Shown here piece by piece: positions 12,142 through 24,420 of a stretch of 64,000 nt of DNA. Under the pieces are notes generated by a model. It ran no database searches. It was not told where the DNA came from and saw nothing but the letters and a program-made list of their open reading frames with translations. Position numbers and translations under genes: made by a program. Position 1 is the first letter of the stretch. The number at the start of each line of letters is the position of its first letter. Source of the stretch: Eledone cirrhosa (lineage: Eukaryota); the NCBI GenBank assembly GCA_964016885.1, contig OZ024740.1, forward strand, positions 163,742,001 through 163,806,000, in the 5' to 3' direction.

Positions 12142-13171
12142 TCTGTATATAAATTTGAGTGACTTCTGTCCATCCTTCCATCACACAATGTGTGTGAATG
12201 TATGTGTGTGTAAAAGAAAGGAAGGGGGTGGTGAAAAAACTAGAGCAAAACAGTGGCTGGCGTTCCATTTATTATGTTGTGTGTGAGTGTATGTGTATGT
12301 GTGTGTTTGTGTAAATGTATGTGTATGTGTGTGTTTGTGTAAATGTATGTGTATGTGTATGTGTGTGTTTGTGTAAATGTATGTGTGGGTGGTTTTGTGT
12401 GAATGTATGTCTTTGTGTGAATATATGTCTGTGAGTGTGTATTTTTGTACAACTATGCTTATCCAAATAACAATGAAGACTGCAATAAAGACCCTCACAT
12501 CGGCAACAGAACCCTGTTAATCCAGCCTTCTTTTTGCAAGTATGGTAACAGTTCTTTTTAGGTTTCTTATTTGCTTCCGAAGACTGAACGTCATCACCAC
12601 CAAGAGCTTCTTCATTTTTAGCTATATCTTTGTCCTGATTGGAATTAGGGACAGGTACGGTAGGTGTGGCAGCTTTTATACTAGGAATAACTGATGTATC
12701 AACACCGGTGGCACCTTCAACTATACTAGGGCTTTCTTGACTTGATGGTCCTAGGGAGGTTTGGGCCAGGGAGACGGTCACATTGACCACTTTATCCCCT
12801 TTACCTGTTGGGCTAATACAGCCACTTACAGGTGACGAATTTTGTTTCCATTTGATAGCATCTTTGTAAGATTTGGAACACATGCCATCAAGGACAACAG
12901 TGCTGTAAAACTCACATCCCATTCGGCATAGGGTTCCTGCAGAGAGATTTTTATTACCATTTTGTTCCATTATCAGTAACCCTATTTCCAAAAAACCCTT
13001 TGGACTCGAGATATATAATATATATTGTGTATATATTTTTATTTTGATTTGTAAGTGTGTCTGTCTTTGTGCGTTTATATTCATGTACTCATACACATTA
13101 ATGTATGCATATTCACATACACTCATGCAAACACATTCACATATGCGTCAGTGTGTTGAAAACAATCCTAG
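12142..13171 (+). mobile_element. Non-autonomous Helitron-like element, copy 1 (contains the ZFAND insert)
   Basis: Begins A|TCTGTATATAAATTTGAGTGACTTCTGTC and ends GTGTTGAAAACAATCCTAG|T. Both termini and the TG-rich body are shared with 43163-44008. Confidence 0.75.
12447..12970 (-). pseudogene. ZFAND5/6-like: Intronless A20+AN1 zinc-finger (ZFAND5/6-like) processed copy, 3'-truncated
   Basis: ATG at 12970: MEQNG..LCRMGCEFYS..GMCSKSYKD (A20) ... KPKKNCYHTCKKKAGLTGFCCRCEGLYCSLHCYLDKHSC (AN1). No introns, Zn-ligand and conserved-residue substitutions, and it stops before the DYK..ENPVV C-terminus. Confidence 0.88.
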
Positions 13172-13186
13172 TAATATTAAACTTTC

Positions 13187-13581
13187 ATCATCATCATCAT
13201 CATCATCATCATACGTCCGCTTCTCCCTGCTTGCAAGGGTGGGACGGGAACTGATTCTGGCTTGATTTCTACAGCTAGATGCCCTTCCTAACACCAACCT
13301 CATTTACAGTGAGTGCTGGGTGCTTTTTTTACGTGGCGCCTAAACGTCCACTTTTACTGTGTGGGCTGGGTGCTTTTTTTGCTGTGGCACCTCCATGACC
13401 ACTTTGCAGTGAAATGATAAGGACCCCAGTCCTATCATCTCATTTCTACAGCTAAGTAAACTGGAGCAATGTGAAATAAAGTGTCTTGCTCAAGGAAACA
13501 ACACATCACCCGGTCTGAGAATTGAACTCACAACCTTTTGATTGCAAGGCCAATGCTCTAACCACTAAGCCATGTGCTTCC
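13187..13581 (-). mobile_element. tRNA-head, CORE-like SINE with an RTE-derived (ATG)n tail
   Basis: Head TGGCTTAGTGGTTAGAGC..GAGTTCAATTC, body CCTTGAGCAAGACACTTTATTTCACATTGCTCCAGT, tail shared with the RTE LINE. Copies at about 33942-34252 and 50996-51341; related heads at 26228-26500 (+) and 35145-35275. Confidence 0.8.
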
Positions 13582-15455
13582 AACTTTATAAATACCAATT
13601 GGAAATAGAAAAAAAACAGGTTCAGTAAAAATCTATATACACTTAATCTATATCATAAAATTAACATATTTCTAATGAAAGATATTGCCCGTGATTTTCA
13701 AATTATTTTTAAAATAATCATGTATTTAGACGAATTTAGTAGTATAACTAACTTTATCATTATTAGGGTAGTGTTTGAAGCATAGCTTAAAGATTTTTAC
13801 ATAAAATTATGATGGAAGGTTTAGATAAATATAAACACATTAAGATAAACAGTTTTGAATCATAGAACCAGGGATGATATCAGGTGGATTCATATCATCA
13901 TCATCATCATCATCATCATCACTTTTTTAACATCTGCTTTTCCTACTAGCAAGGGGTGGAAGGATCTACATAGACCAAGTCAGTTCTGAAACACGGCTAC
14001 TGACCTACTAGAGAGGGGGCGGGGGTATGTTATCTCACTTACGTATGGTCTCAGGTTTTACCAAGTGCACAGGAGGTTGTCATGTTTTTGACACAACTGA
14101 AGGGTCTCCCCCAACCCTTTGTTTGGCAAGCTTTCTACAGGTTAAATTAATTATTTCCATAAATGTGATGAAAAAGAGCTAAAAGGTGATAGTGGTAGGG
14201 CCATGGATGGGATGCTCAATAGCATGGGGGTGGGGTACGCTTGTGGAGGGTGAGTTGGAGCATAGGGGTTGGTCAGGTCACATTTTATACCTGTAAACAG
14301 GTCTTCACCAGAACAGATAGATCCAGCTCTCATGGTCCTTTGTTATCTCTGTTGTAGTATTTAACTTCTAAAGGCTGGTCTTCACTTCCTCTTCCATGGG
14401 TCCCATCCACTTAGATTTTTCTGCATTTTTTAATACAGCTGTCTTCCTTCATACACATCCCATGTCCATACCAGTGTAATCCTCCTGCACACTACAATCA
14501 ATTCCTCTTATGCCTAGTTTTTCTTTCAGCTCTCTTATGCTACATCATTCATAAGCAAGCTGAGAGAAAAACACTTATGGAAATGATTAATTTAACCTGT
14601 AGAAAGCTTGCCAAACAAATGGTTGGGAAGACTCTTCATTTGTGTCAAAGACATGACAACCTCACCTGTGCACTCCATAGAACCTGACTACTTCACTTAT
14701 GCTATTGGCAGTCACCTCTTACCTCTTACTCTTCACCCTGTCTAATCCCAGCACACTTGCCACACATCCATAACATCATACTTATACACCTCCTCACACA
14801 CAAGCAGAGAGGGCTCTTCAGTTAGAACAATAACTGACAACCTTGCTAGTATTGGTGCCATGAAAATGCACCCAGTACTACCTGTATGGTGGTTGGTGAT
14901 ATGAAGGGCACTCCGCTGTATAAGCCATGCCAAAAGGGATTGAGAAGACCCTTAAGTTATGTCAATAATGTAACATCCTCTCTAGGGTTGTTGTAAAGTG
15001 ACTGGTGATAAGAAGGGCATCCAGTCATAGAAAGCTTGCTAAACAAAAGGTCACAAGAACCCTTCAATTATGTCAAGGACACGACAACCTCTCTAATGTT
15101 GGTGTCATGATAAAATACACTCAGTAGTGCACAAAACCATATGTGATATACTGAGCTCTGCTTGAGTGCTGACTCGGTCTGTGAAGACCCGTCCAACACT
15201 TGCTAGCAGGAAATAATGGACATTGAATGATGATTTTGATTATGATGATATGCTCTAATACCATAGACCAAAACAGAATAAAAATATTTAAGGGCTGATA
15301 TCAGGAAGAGCATCCAACCATAAAATACTACCTCAAAAAGTTCTGTCTAACTCATGCCAGCATGGAAAAGCACATGTAAAAATGTAGAGGAGGATGTAAT
15401 AGAAACAACAATGCATGTGTGTGTGCATATGCATGTATGCGTGTTAGTGTGTGTG

Positions 15456-15496
<41 letters not shown>

Positions 15497-15622
15497 ATGT
15501 GTGCATGTGCATGCGTGTGTGTGAAATGAACCATGTTTAACTATATAGATTATGATTTTTTTTATTTCAGGAAACCTTAGTCCATTTGGATCATTGAAAG
15601 CAAATTTCCTATCAAATCCTAA

Positions 15623-16192
15623 ATGGCTGATCAAAAGTTACATGTAATGTTTAATACTTTTTACAATGCCAATAAGAAAAATGTGCGTGGCTCCTCTAAT
15701 TCTAATTTGAGTCTAATTGAATTAAAAAATGATCAACCACACCAGCTATGGAGATCTTCTGTATCTAAGAAGCACGAGGCAACAATTAAGAAGGTAACAT
15801 TTCTAGAAGACTCTGATAATAAAATGAATATCTTAACTAATAGACAAAAAGATGTACCAGTGTTGCCTTCTATTCATAAAAAATATTTACAACAGCAACC
15901 TAGTACCAGTCAGGATGAATTTCACCCTGATAAAAAGTCCCCCCTAGTGGATAGTATCAAAAGTGATGTTCTCAATAAACATTTTCGGAATTATTATATT
16001 TATACTTGTCCCCCAATTCTCGTACCTTCTTTGGCCAAGTATAATATTCTACCTAGCTACAAGTTAAATGTCACCAAGAAGGACCAATATAAGTCAATGA
16101 GTGCATGTTTTCTGAAGCATTCTAAAGCAATGAAGAAACCAGCCTGTAATACGAAGGAGTTTGTTGATTCTCTAATGAAAAAGCTAAATCAG
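15623..16192 (+). CDS. C6orf118-like (TSNAXIP1_N family) gene, coding exon 1
   Basis: Acceptor TTTATTTCAG|G at 15571, ATG at 15623 preceded by an in-frame TAA, 190 open codons, donor CAG|GTAACT (phase 0). The end, VTKKDQYK..VDSLMKKLNQ, resembles C6orf118-family sequence. Confidence 0.8.
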
Positions 16193-17961
16193 GTAACTGG
16201 AAATTGCTTATTTCTAAGATATATTCTTTCTTTATTTTTTGTTTTTTTTGGTTTTTGTTTTCTTTAATGTAAATATCTAAAACATTGCTATATAATTAAT
16301 ATAATAAAGTATAACTTAAATTTACTACTGTAAAAACTTATAGCAATGATTAATTTGGGGGCAAAATTTCATGTAGGGTTAAGGTGTCAGATTATTGGAC
16401 AAACTTCAAATATAGTGCTGATGCCATGATAAAATGCACCCAGTGCATTCTGTAAATGAGTAATGCTGGTGCCATGATGAAATGCACTCAGTACATTCTG
16501 AAAAGGCAATGTTTTAGCAAAGTCATTAGAACATCAGATAGAATGCTTTGTAGTATTTATTCTGGTTCAAATACCGACAAGTCAACTTTGCCTTTCATCC
16601 TTTCAAGGTCAATAAGCACCAGTCCGATACTGGGGACATTTCTTTCTTTATATCTCATCCTTACTTCTCTCTATAACTCACTCCTTCTCTGAAAAAATCA
16701 ATTGTGTTCAGACCTGGAGAGGGAATGGGCTCTGTCAGGTTTTAAAGAAGGCCCAAGAAATGCTGTATGACCCCACCATGCCTCTATGACTCCATCAGGA
16801 GTTATGGGTTCATACATACATATATTCACTCTGAAAAGTGATAGTGCTGGTGCCATGATGAAATGCACCCAGTACACCCTTTAAGATGGTTGGTGTTAAC
16901 AAGGGAGTCCAGCCTTAGAAACCATGCTAAATATGGAAAGTACAAGCAAGATATGGTCACCTGACTGATCAAGCCTCAGAATGGGACAACTCATCCATGG
17001 CATTGCCAGCACGGAGAGCAGATGTAAAAACGATGATGCTGTTCACATTTTCTGACTACCCCTTCCTTCAAATATATGTTAATATGATCTCTTTGTTACA
17101 TCTAAAGCAATACAATAGTTATCATCATCATCATCGTTTCTCTGCTAGCAAGGGTTGGACAGGTCTACATAGACCAAGACAGTACTGATGTGGACCCACC
17201 GATCTCCCAGGCAGGCCAGGGATCTGTGTCTCGTTTTATGTACGGTCAGCACTCCACTGAGTGCATAGGAGAGGTTGTCATGTCTTTGACACAACTGAGC
17301 GTCCTCCAAACCCTTTTGTTTGGCAAGATTTCTACAGCTGGATGCCCATCTTATCAACCACTTTACAGTGTGTACTGTGTGTGTTTATGGTGTAGATCAC
17401 TAACAGTGTGTCTGGGGTTCCCCCAAAAGTTTCTGACCTAAAAAGTGTTCTGTGTTTGAAAATGTTTGGGAAACCCTGCTCTAATGCATCCCATTTGCCC
17501 TTGTTAAGTTAAAATAATTAAATATAGCCATATGTTAAATTATATAACCTGGGAAGCTAACTATTATATGTATCTATATGTTATTAATTATTCCTGTATG
17601 TTCCTGTATGTTTCTATTATTACTGTTATTATATTTGACCATCTGCTTAAATTAGAAACCATTTGGCAGTCGGTAGAAGGTCGGATGGCATGCTTTGACG
17701 CATAGAGTTATGGCCCTTGCCATTCTGTGTTCAAATCCCGCCGTGGTTAACTTTGCCTTTCATCCTTATGGGGTCGATAAAATAAAGTACCAGTAATGTA
17801 CTGGGTAATTGCTGGCCTTGTACCAAAAGTAGAAACAATTATTACTATTATTATATTGTTTGTTTTATCTTTCATCTGATTCACAATTAAGCCTCCACAC
17901 TGTTTGATTTCTGTTGCTGTATTGTTTCCATCATCTGAAGTCCTGGTGGCAGGGGAATGAA

Positions 17962-18002
17962 GTTGATGTTGTTGTTGTGGCTGCTACTGCTGTTGTTGTT
18001 GT

Positions 18003-18046
<44 letters not shown>

Positions 18047-18236
18047 CTGCTGTTGTTGTTGTTGCTGTTGTTGTCTTCGCTGTTATTGTTGTTGTTGCTG
18101 TCATCGCTGCTGCTGTTGTTGCTGTTGTTGTCATCGCTGCTGCTGCTGCTGCTGCTGTTGTTGTTGCTGTTGTTGCTGTTGTTGCTGCTGTTGTTGTTGT
18201 TGTTCCGCTGCTGCTGCTGCTGCTGCTGTTGTTGTT
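17962..18236. repeat. Compound (GTT/GCT)n trinucleotide microsatellite
   Basis: Directly visible; produces poly-L/A/V/T ORFs. Confidence 0.95.
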
Positions 18237-18515
18237 AATTTCAACAAAAAGCTTTAACTGTATTCCCTTGCCTTCACAAAACTTGACCATGTGCCTGTGG
18301 AAGAAATCCTCGATAAAGGGTCGGACGCCATGCTTTGCAGCATAGAGCTATGTCCCTGTACGGTTTGTGTTCAAATCCTGCTGAGTTAACTTTGCCTTTC
18401 ATCCTTATGGGGTTGATAAAATAAAGTACCAGTAATGTACTGAGGTAATTGCTGGCCTTGTGTCAGAAACAATTATTAACATGCATTTATCAATTTTTCA
18501 ACAGTTCAACATTAG

Positions 18516-18674
18516 AAGTATAAGTTTGTTGCTTTAATTCTGCAGAGTCTTAAGAATTGTCCACAATCTAAGAGGACAGATGCTATGTTGAAGAGACTAC
18601 AGTGCTTCAATAATGTTTTCATGGAATTAATCTCAAATTCACAAATATTTGGTAACATACTAAAAGTTATAAAA
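18516..18674 (+). CDS. C6orf118-like coding exon 2
   Basis: CATTAG|AAG...ATAAAA|GTAAGC; 53 codons, KYKF..KRLQCFNNVFMELISNSQIFGNILKVIK, the TSNAXIP1_N-type motif. Confidence 0.82.
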
Positions 18675-19308
18675 GTAAGCCATTTTTGTTATTAATTTTA
18701 TAGAAACCACATTAACAAGACATTCTTGAAAACTACAAAATAGCACAGCAATATTTCTCTCACTTCTTTCTGTTTAAGCTGGCCATAACCAGCTGCTTAT
18801 ACTTATGTTAAAGTATTGTTCTCAAAATAAATATCAAAATCTCGTAGATTCGATATCATGTGAAATAATTATGTGAAATAAAGTGTTTGCCGTGAAAATA
18901 CAATAGAAAATACAATATGTAAATGCTAAAGGGTTAACCTATTACTGCAATTTTTCACAATAATATGTTCAGTTATAAAGACTCTATTAACATTTGAATT
19001 AATAAAACTTTTTAGATATTTTCTGCTAAATCAATTACAGGATCTTAAGAGTTAACATGCAAAAAATGTTGGTGATTGACAAAAACTATTTTAGGGTGTT
19101 TGGATTTCATCTTAAACTGATAATATGTGATAAAATAATTAAAAAAAAAAAATCATACCAATTTTTGTATATTGATTTTTTATTAGTTTGGTTCAAAGGA
19201 AAGTATTGTGCTCATCCGCCAGACCTAATGAAATTGATGTGGTTAATGTTCCTGTTGAACTGTTAGTAGTCATTAGATGCAGGAAAACCATGGGTAGAAT
19301 TTTATAAG

Positions 19309-20100
19309 GTGAACATGTGCAGCCGGGTTGGAAGTAGTATCACGACTAGCAGGTGTAAAACCAGTTGGCTGGAATTTGAAGACAACATGGTTTTACTTAA
19401 CTCGACAGAAGGTCATCTTCGACTTACACTTGATAGGTTTAATGCCGAGTGCTGCATGGCTGGATTGGAAATTAATGCTGTGAAAACTGAGACACTCGTC
19501 TTCTCAAGGAAGCCTGCGCAGTGCACTCTATATGTGAATGGGGTTCCACTGAAGTATCTCATGGCTGTGTTCATGAGTGATGGAAGGCAGGAGGCTGAAT
19601 TAAGTGCAAGAATTGCAGGTGCTGGTGCTGTAATGTACCAGCTTCACCATTCGGTAATCAGAAGTAGGTGTGAAAGCCAAACTTGCTATCTTCAATTTGG
19701 TATTTGTGCCAACCCTTACCTATGGTTATGAATCTTGATTAATGACCAAAAGAATATGATCGCGAATACAAGCGGCCAAAATGGGATTACTTCGAAGGGT
19801 CTTTGGAGTAATATTTCTCAATGGCGAGCGTAGCTTGGAGATCAGATAGTTACTCCAGGTATAGTTGCTACTTCTCCAAATTGAGAGATCACAGCTCTGA
19901 TACTATGGGCATGTGGTTAGAATGTCTCAGGAAAGAATCGCTGTACAGATTTTACAGGCAAAGGCAACTGGCAGGAAACCCAGGGGTAGACCTTGAGCAA
20001 GATGGTTGGATAATATCATAAGTTCAGCTGGTCTTGCTTGGGGGTCCAGCTGGATCAGTAGGAGATGGTTGCTTCTGACAGGACCCTCTCAAGAATAAGT
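19309..20100 (+). mobile_element. RTE-clade (Expander/Rex3-like) RT 3' fragment, decayed
   Basis: LEFEDNMVLL (decayed FADD), LDRFNAEC..GLEINAVKTE, KYL..VFMSDGRQEAELSARI; multiple stops. Confidence 0.8.
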
Positions 20101-21847
20101 GGACAAAGGAGGAGAACGTTATAAGAAGGAAGAGCTGAGCATAAGAATTAATGTTGAGCCTATCAGATGGGCATAATATGGGTTACAAAAGGAGGAGGAA
20201 CAACTGAATTGAGAGTGCCTGATGGAGGGTGTGGAAGAAGACCAGCCAATTCTGACTGGTAGTAGTAGTAGTAGTAGTAGAAATGAGAAAAGAGAGCAGA
20301 TTTGTGCTGTTATGAATGTTCATAGAATATAGATCTCTATTTTAAAATGGAGGGTAAGGAGTTAAGTGAAGAAGATAAGTCTGCTATATTAAGCTGTTCA
20401 AATGGCTTTATCAAATTTTTATCATAATATCTATGTAACTGGGCAAAAAACAAAAATTATCTCAGTCTTTAACTACTGCTTGGTTTTAATGATTAGGCAG
20501 CTTTCTGGGGTTTTTTCAATTTGTTATTGAAAACATGGTGTTAAGACATGGTGTTGTTAAAATAAGGGCCCATAGAGCAAGTTTTATAATCCTACCACAG
20601 ATATAGCATTGTATTGTTGGCAAAACCATATCAATATTATAACTATTTTGTTAATTTATGAAGCATAGGGAAAATTTAAGGTTTGAGGTTTTAGATGCTG
20701 GGGTTCAATTCCCACAGGTGTTTTGGACCATTTTTCTGATTGGCAGTATCGGTAGAGAGTCGGACGCCATGCTTTCCAGCATAGTTACGTCCCTTTACGA
20801 TCTGAGTTCAAATCCCGCCGAGGTTGACTTTGCCTTTCATCCTTACGGGGTCGATAAAATAAAGTACCAGTAATACACTGGGTAATTACTGGCCTTGTGC
20901 CTAAAGTAGAAACAATTATTTGTGATTAGTAACTATTATCAATACCTGAACTGGAATGTTGTCCCACTCAAGTTGTTTTTTATTAAGGCTGTCGACACTT
21001 GGCCCTTCAGAAATTATGGCTACAGTTTCTTTGTGTAGCAGTGAGAACTATGAAGTGACACAGTTCTGCTAAATTACAATTTTCTGTTATAACAGAAGAG
21101 GAAAGCAATAATATTTAGAGTTTTCAAGTAATAATCTTTTGTAATATATACCTGTATAATTGTACTTGTAACCTATGTCAACATAATACCCTGTTCATGG
21201 CATTAATATGTAAGTGGATGAGCATTTCACAGACACATATAGCCTTAACAGAGTTCTAAGGAAGATTCAATATGGCACACTGTGCTAAGGCTCACTCTTT
21301 GAATTACAGGTACAGTCCATTCAATGGGCTATTCAATTCCACTTACAAGGCATGAGTCAACCTGAAGCTATGGTATATGACACTTATTCAAGATGCCACA
21401 CATGGGATCAAATCTGGAACCTAGTGATTGAGAAGGAAATTTGTTAACCATTCAGCCAAACATTAACATTGTAACCTATATGACTACCCATCAATTGGTG
21501 TAGTGCATGTATGTCTGTTCATATATGCTAAAAGGTATGGTTATTTAATGCCTGGTAAGCTCTAACTGAGCATAACTACCATCAAAGGTGTTCCCTATCA
21601 TTCTTTTATTGAGTAGGTACCTTCATTTTTTTAAAGATGTTAATGTGTAATTTTAAGATTTCTCTGATATCTCTAAGAACTTAAGTGTATCTTAGAGATT
21701 CTTTCATTTGCTTTATGGGATATGTCTAGAGTTTTAGTGTGTGTATAAAAATCATTTTCTTTATATGGTGATGTGTGGGTCAGGTGTGTGCATAGAAATA
21801 CTGTTTCTTCTGTACACATACTAACAAAAAGTTTAATTTTCCACCAG

Positions 21848-22032
21848 ACAGAATATGAAAACTATATAACATACTTGTTGGATTTCCATATGAAGGAGGG
21901 ACAAGTTTTACAAAGAGAAGTAAAAGTACTTTTTGAACAACACATTGGTGAAAATAAACAGTTGACTAAAGTAGAAAACCGAGTTGAAGAACTAGAATAT
22001 GAAATGTTAGATCTTCTTCATGAATCAAAAAG
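21848..22032 (+). CDS. C6orf118-like coding exon 3
   Basis: CCACCAG|ACA GAA TAT; TEYENYITYLLD continues the IK-xEYE-xY motif; coiled coil; donor AG|GTTAGA (phase 2). Confidence 0.85.
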
Positions 22033-22111
22033 GTTAGAACTATATATTACAACATAATTGAATTTTGGGAATTAATTGTAGAGTAGGAAACTGGTGTGAT
22101 AACTGATTATA

Positions 22112-22490
22112 AGTTAGGATTGTTTGGGGGGAAACCAGTGCAAAGGAAGTTAGAATTATAGGAGTGAAAACAAGGATAAAGTAAAACAAACAAAACAACA
22201 GTTTACACTTTTACCTTATATTTCATAATATTTCAGGGTTAGGATCTTTAAAGCCCTTTTACAAAAGAAAGGAAATGTAGTATGAGGATGATGGTCTGTT
22301 GAACTTTTCTGAGAACTTTGCAAAAAAGCTCAGCTCAGCTCAGCATCATTATACTCCATTTCCATTCTTTTGTAAAAGGGCTCTTAATCTTGAAATATCA
22401 TAAAATATAATGTAAGAGTATTAACTATTGTTTTGTTTGTCTTGTAGTTCTAACTTGCATTGTACTGGCTTTCCCAAAACAACTCTAGCC
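22112..22490. mobile_element. Degenerate fold-back (MITE-like) element
   Basis: GCCCTTTTACAAAAGAAAGGAAATGTAGTATGA / TTATACTCCATTTCCATTCTTTTGTAAAAGGGC, with further mismatched arms outward. A related fragment is at about 29370-29535. Confidence 0.7.
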
Positions 22491-22680
22491 ACATATTTCA
22501 CAAAGCTTCATATAAACTACACTACTAGTTATAAGTTGTTTTAGGCCGAAATCAGCCCTGATTGAACTGACCTAAAATTAAAGTCACTCCCTCTATGACC
22601 ATCACATACTTTTTTATGGGGGGAGGGGGGGGGGGGGTTCTTCACAACTTATAACCTATCATTTTTTTTAATCATTGCAG

Positions 22681-22739
22681 AATACAAAAAGAAATCCAAA
22701 TAGAAACAGAGAGAATTAATACACATGATACAAACATGA
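22681..22739 (+). CDS. C6orf118-like coding exon 4
   Basis: TTGCAG|A ATA CAA AAA GAA...ATG A|GTGAGT; phase 2 in and phase 1 out, matching both neighbours. Confidence 0.78.
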
Positions 22740-23399
22740 GTGAGTAAATGCAATTTTGAACAATAACATTATCACCGTTTTATGTTTATCTAATGTAATT
22801 TGGATTGAGGTGGAGGGAGGGTATTTTTTTCTTTTTTGTTGTTTTGATTTTTATGGTCAAAATTTCAAGAACTAAAATAGGAATCATTTACACTTTTAAT
22901 ACCAACTCATCCAAAACTGGTTCTGGTTTTATAAAACAAAACCACATATTCTAAATTAAAATCTTCCAACATAATTTTATATAAGAACCATTTGTTACAA
23001 AAACTAACTTAATAATGATTTCTACTATTGGCACAAGGCCAGCAATTTGGGGCAAGGGAAAGTCAATTAAACCAACCCCAGTGCATTACTGGTACTTTAT
23101 TTTATTGACCCCGTAAGGATGAAAGAGAAAGCTAACCTTGGCAGAATTTGAACTCAGAATGTAAAGGGTCTTAACTTTTTGCTACAAAGTATAGTGCCTG
23201 ATGCTCTACCGATCCTGCCAATCCACTGCCCTATCTTAATGAAATGATTAATAATTTTAGAAAATCCCTCCAAAATCTTCATTAATTAATTGAAATACAT
23301 TATATTTCATTAGAAATATGGTATTGACAGGGTTAATGATAGATGCTGGCAAGGAACACAAAATGTGTAAAGCATATGCTGAATACTTATTGACATTTG

Positions 23400-24420
23400 T
23401 ATCCCCTGTTCTCCACCCTCCTTAACTTTGGTAAATTGGTAGAGTTGTTAGTACATAAGAAAAAATGCTTTGTAGTTTTTGTTGTAGCTTTCTGTGCTCT
23501 GTGTGCTAACCCCCCCATGGACAATTTTTGCTTTTCGCCCTTTCAGGGATGCTAAAATCTGTTGGTGATCTGGGTTTTCATATTTTTTGCACAAACGTAG
23601 CTGATTTTCACTGTAAGCTGGTTAAAAATTGGTCGATACTTATGACCTATGGGGAAGTGTTTGTCAATAATGGCTAAGAATTATTTTACTTACATTGGTT
23701 TTAACATTGTGAGAGAATGGAGGAGAGAACAATATTATTGATTTCTTTCTATTTTTCTTCCTAGCATTAGTTGTTGTTATTTAAGAGAATAAGATATTTT
23801 TTCTGAGAAACTGTTGTTGTTATAATAGGGGGCTGCTTTATCAAAGATGGATTTATGAGAAAAACAGTTAGAGAATCTCTTGTTTATGTTCTTATTGAGG
23901 TTTTTAAAAACTGTAGGAGGGTAGCTGGAATGATTGATATGTACCTTAGTTTTTCATTATCTTTATGGAATGGTTTGTATGTGTGGAAAGACCTAGCATG
24001 ACATCTAGGTAGTTGACGCTGATCAGGCTGATGGCTACTGTGATTTTGAGTCCTAACTCATTAAATATAGTTAATTTTTTCCTGAAAGTGTCATGGTCAT
24101 GACTACTTCTATGACTCAATAGGGCTATATCATCGTCTCAGTACAGATCTGTGTGAAAATCCAGAAACTTGACTTGTAGTGTGTTCAAAATGTATAACCC
24201 ACATCAAATCACATGCATCAGCACTGTTGAATAACTCTGTAGATACATTGAATAGGTCTGTGATATTTGATTTGTTGACACAGACTTCCCAGTTGCTAAA
24301 GAGGAGGGTTTTCTTGCAGTGGGATACATATATGTAGATTAGTAATTCATAATTGAGTTCATATAAATAAATATTGATATATGTACAACAAATATATACT
24401 TTGGTGAAATTTGATTCTTT
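23400..24420 (-). mobile_element. Penelope-like element RT fossil
   Basis: Hand translation across frameshifts gives HCKKTLLFSNWEVCVNK, LFNVSTELFNSADACDL.GLYILNTL, DLY*DDD (for LYRDD), ELGLKIT, VNYLDVML, SSYPPTVFKNL, AAPYYNN and FSPPFSHNVKTNV..KHFP..IFNQLTVKISY, in the order expected for a PLE RT and linker. Confidence 0.8.

Noticed and set aside
12272-13126. Functional 284-aa ZFAND gene
   Set aside because: Both ORF ends are Helitron microsatellite read-through, Zn ligands are mutated and the C-terminus is missing.
12133-13180. 9-bp TSD (TAATATTAA) implying a Mutator-like element
   Set aside because: There are no TIRs, copy 2 has no TSD, and the TC...CTAG ends at an A|T site fit a Helitron. 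The low-complexity match may be chance, though not excluded.
7000-15570. Promoter or first non-coding exon of the C6orf118-like gene
   Set aside because: An upstream exon is implied by the acceptor at 15571, but I could not identify a convincing donor, CpG island or full RFX X-box.
17914-18345. Poly-Leu/Ala/Val/Thr ORFs
   Set aside because: Translations of a (GTT/GCT)n microsatellite; the same applies to 6480-6742 and 62818-63069.
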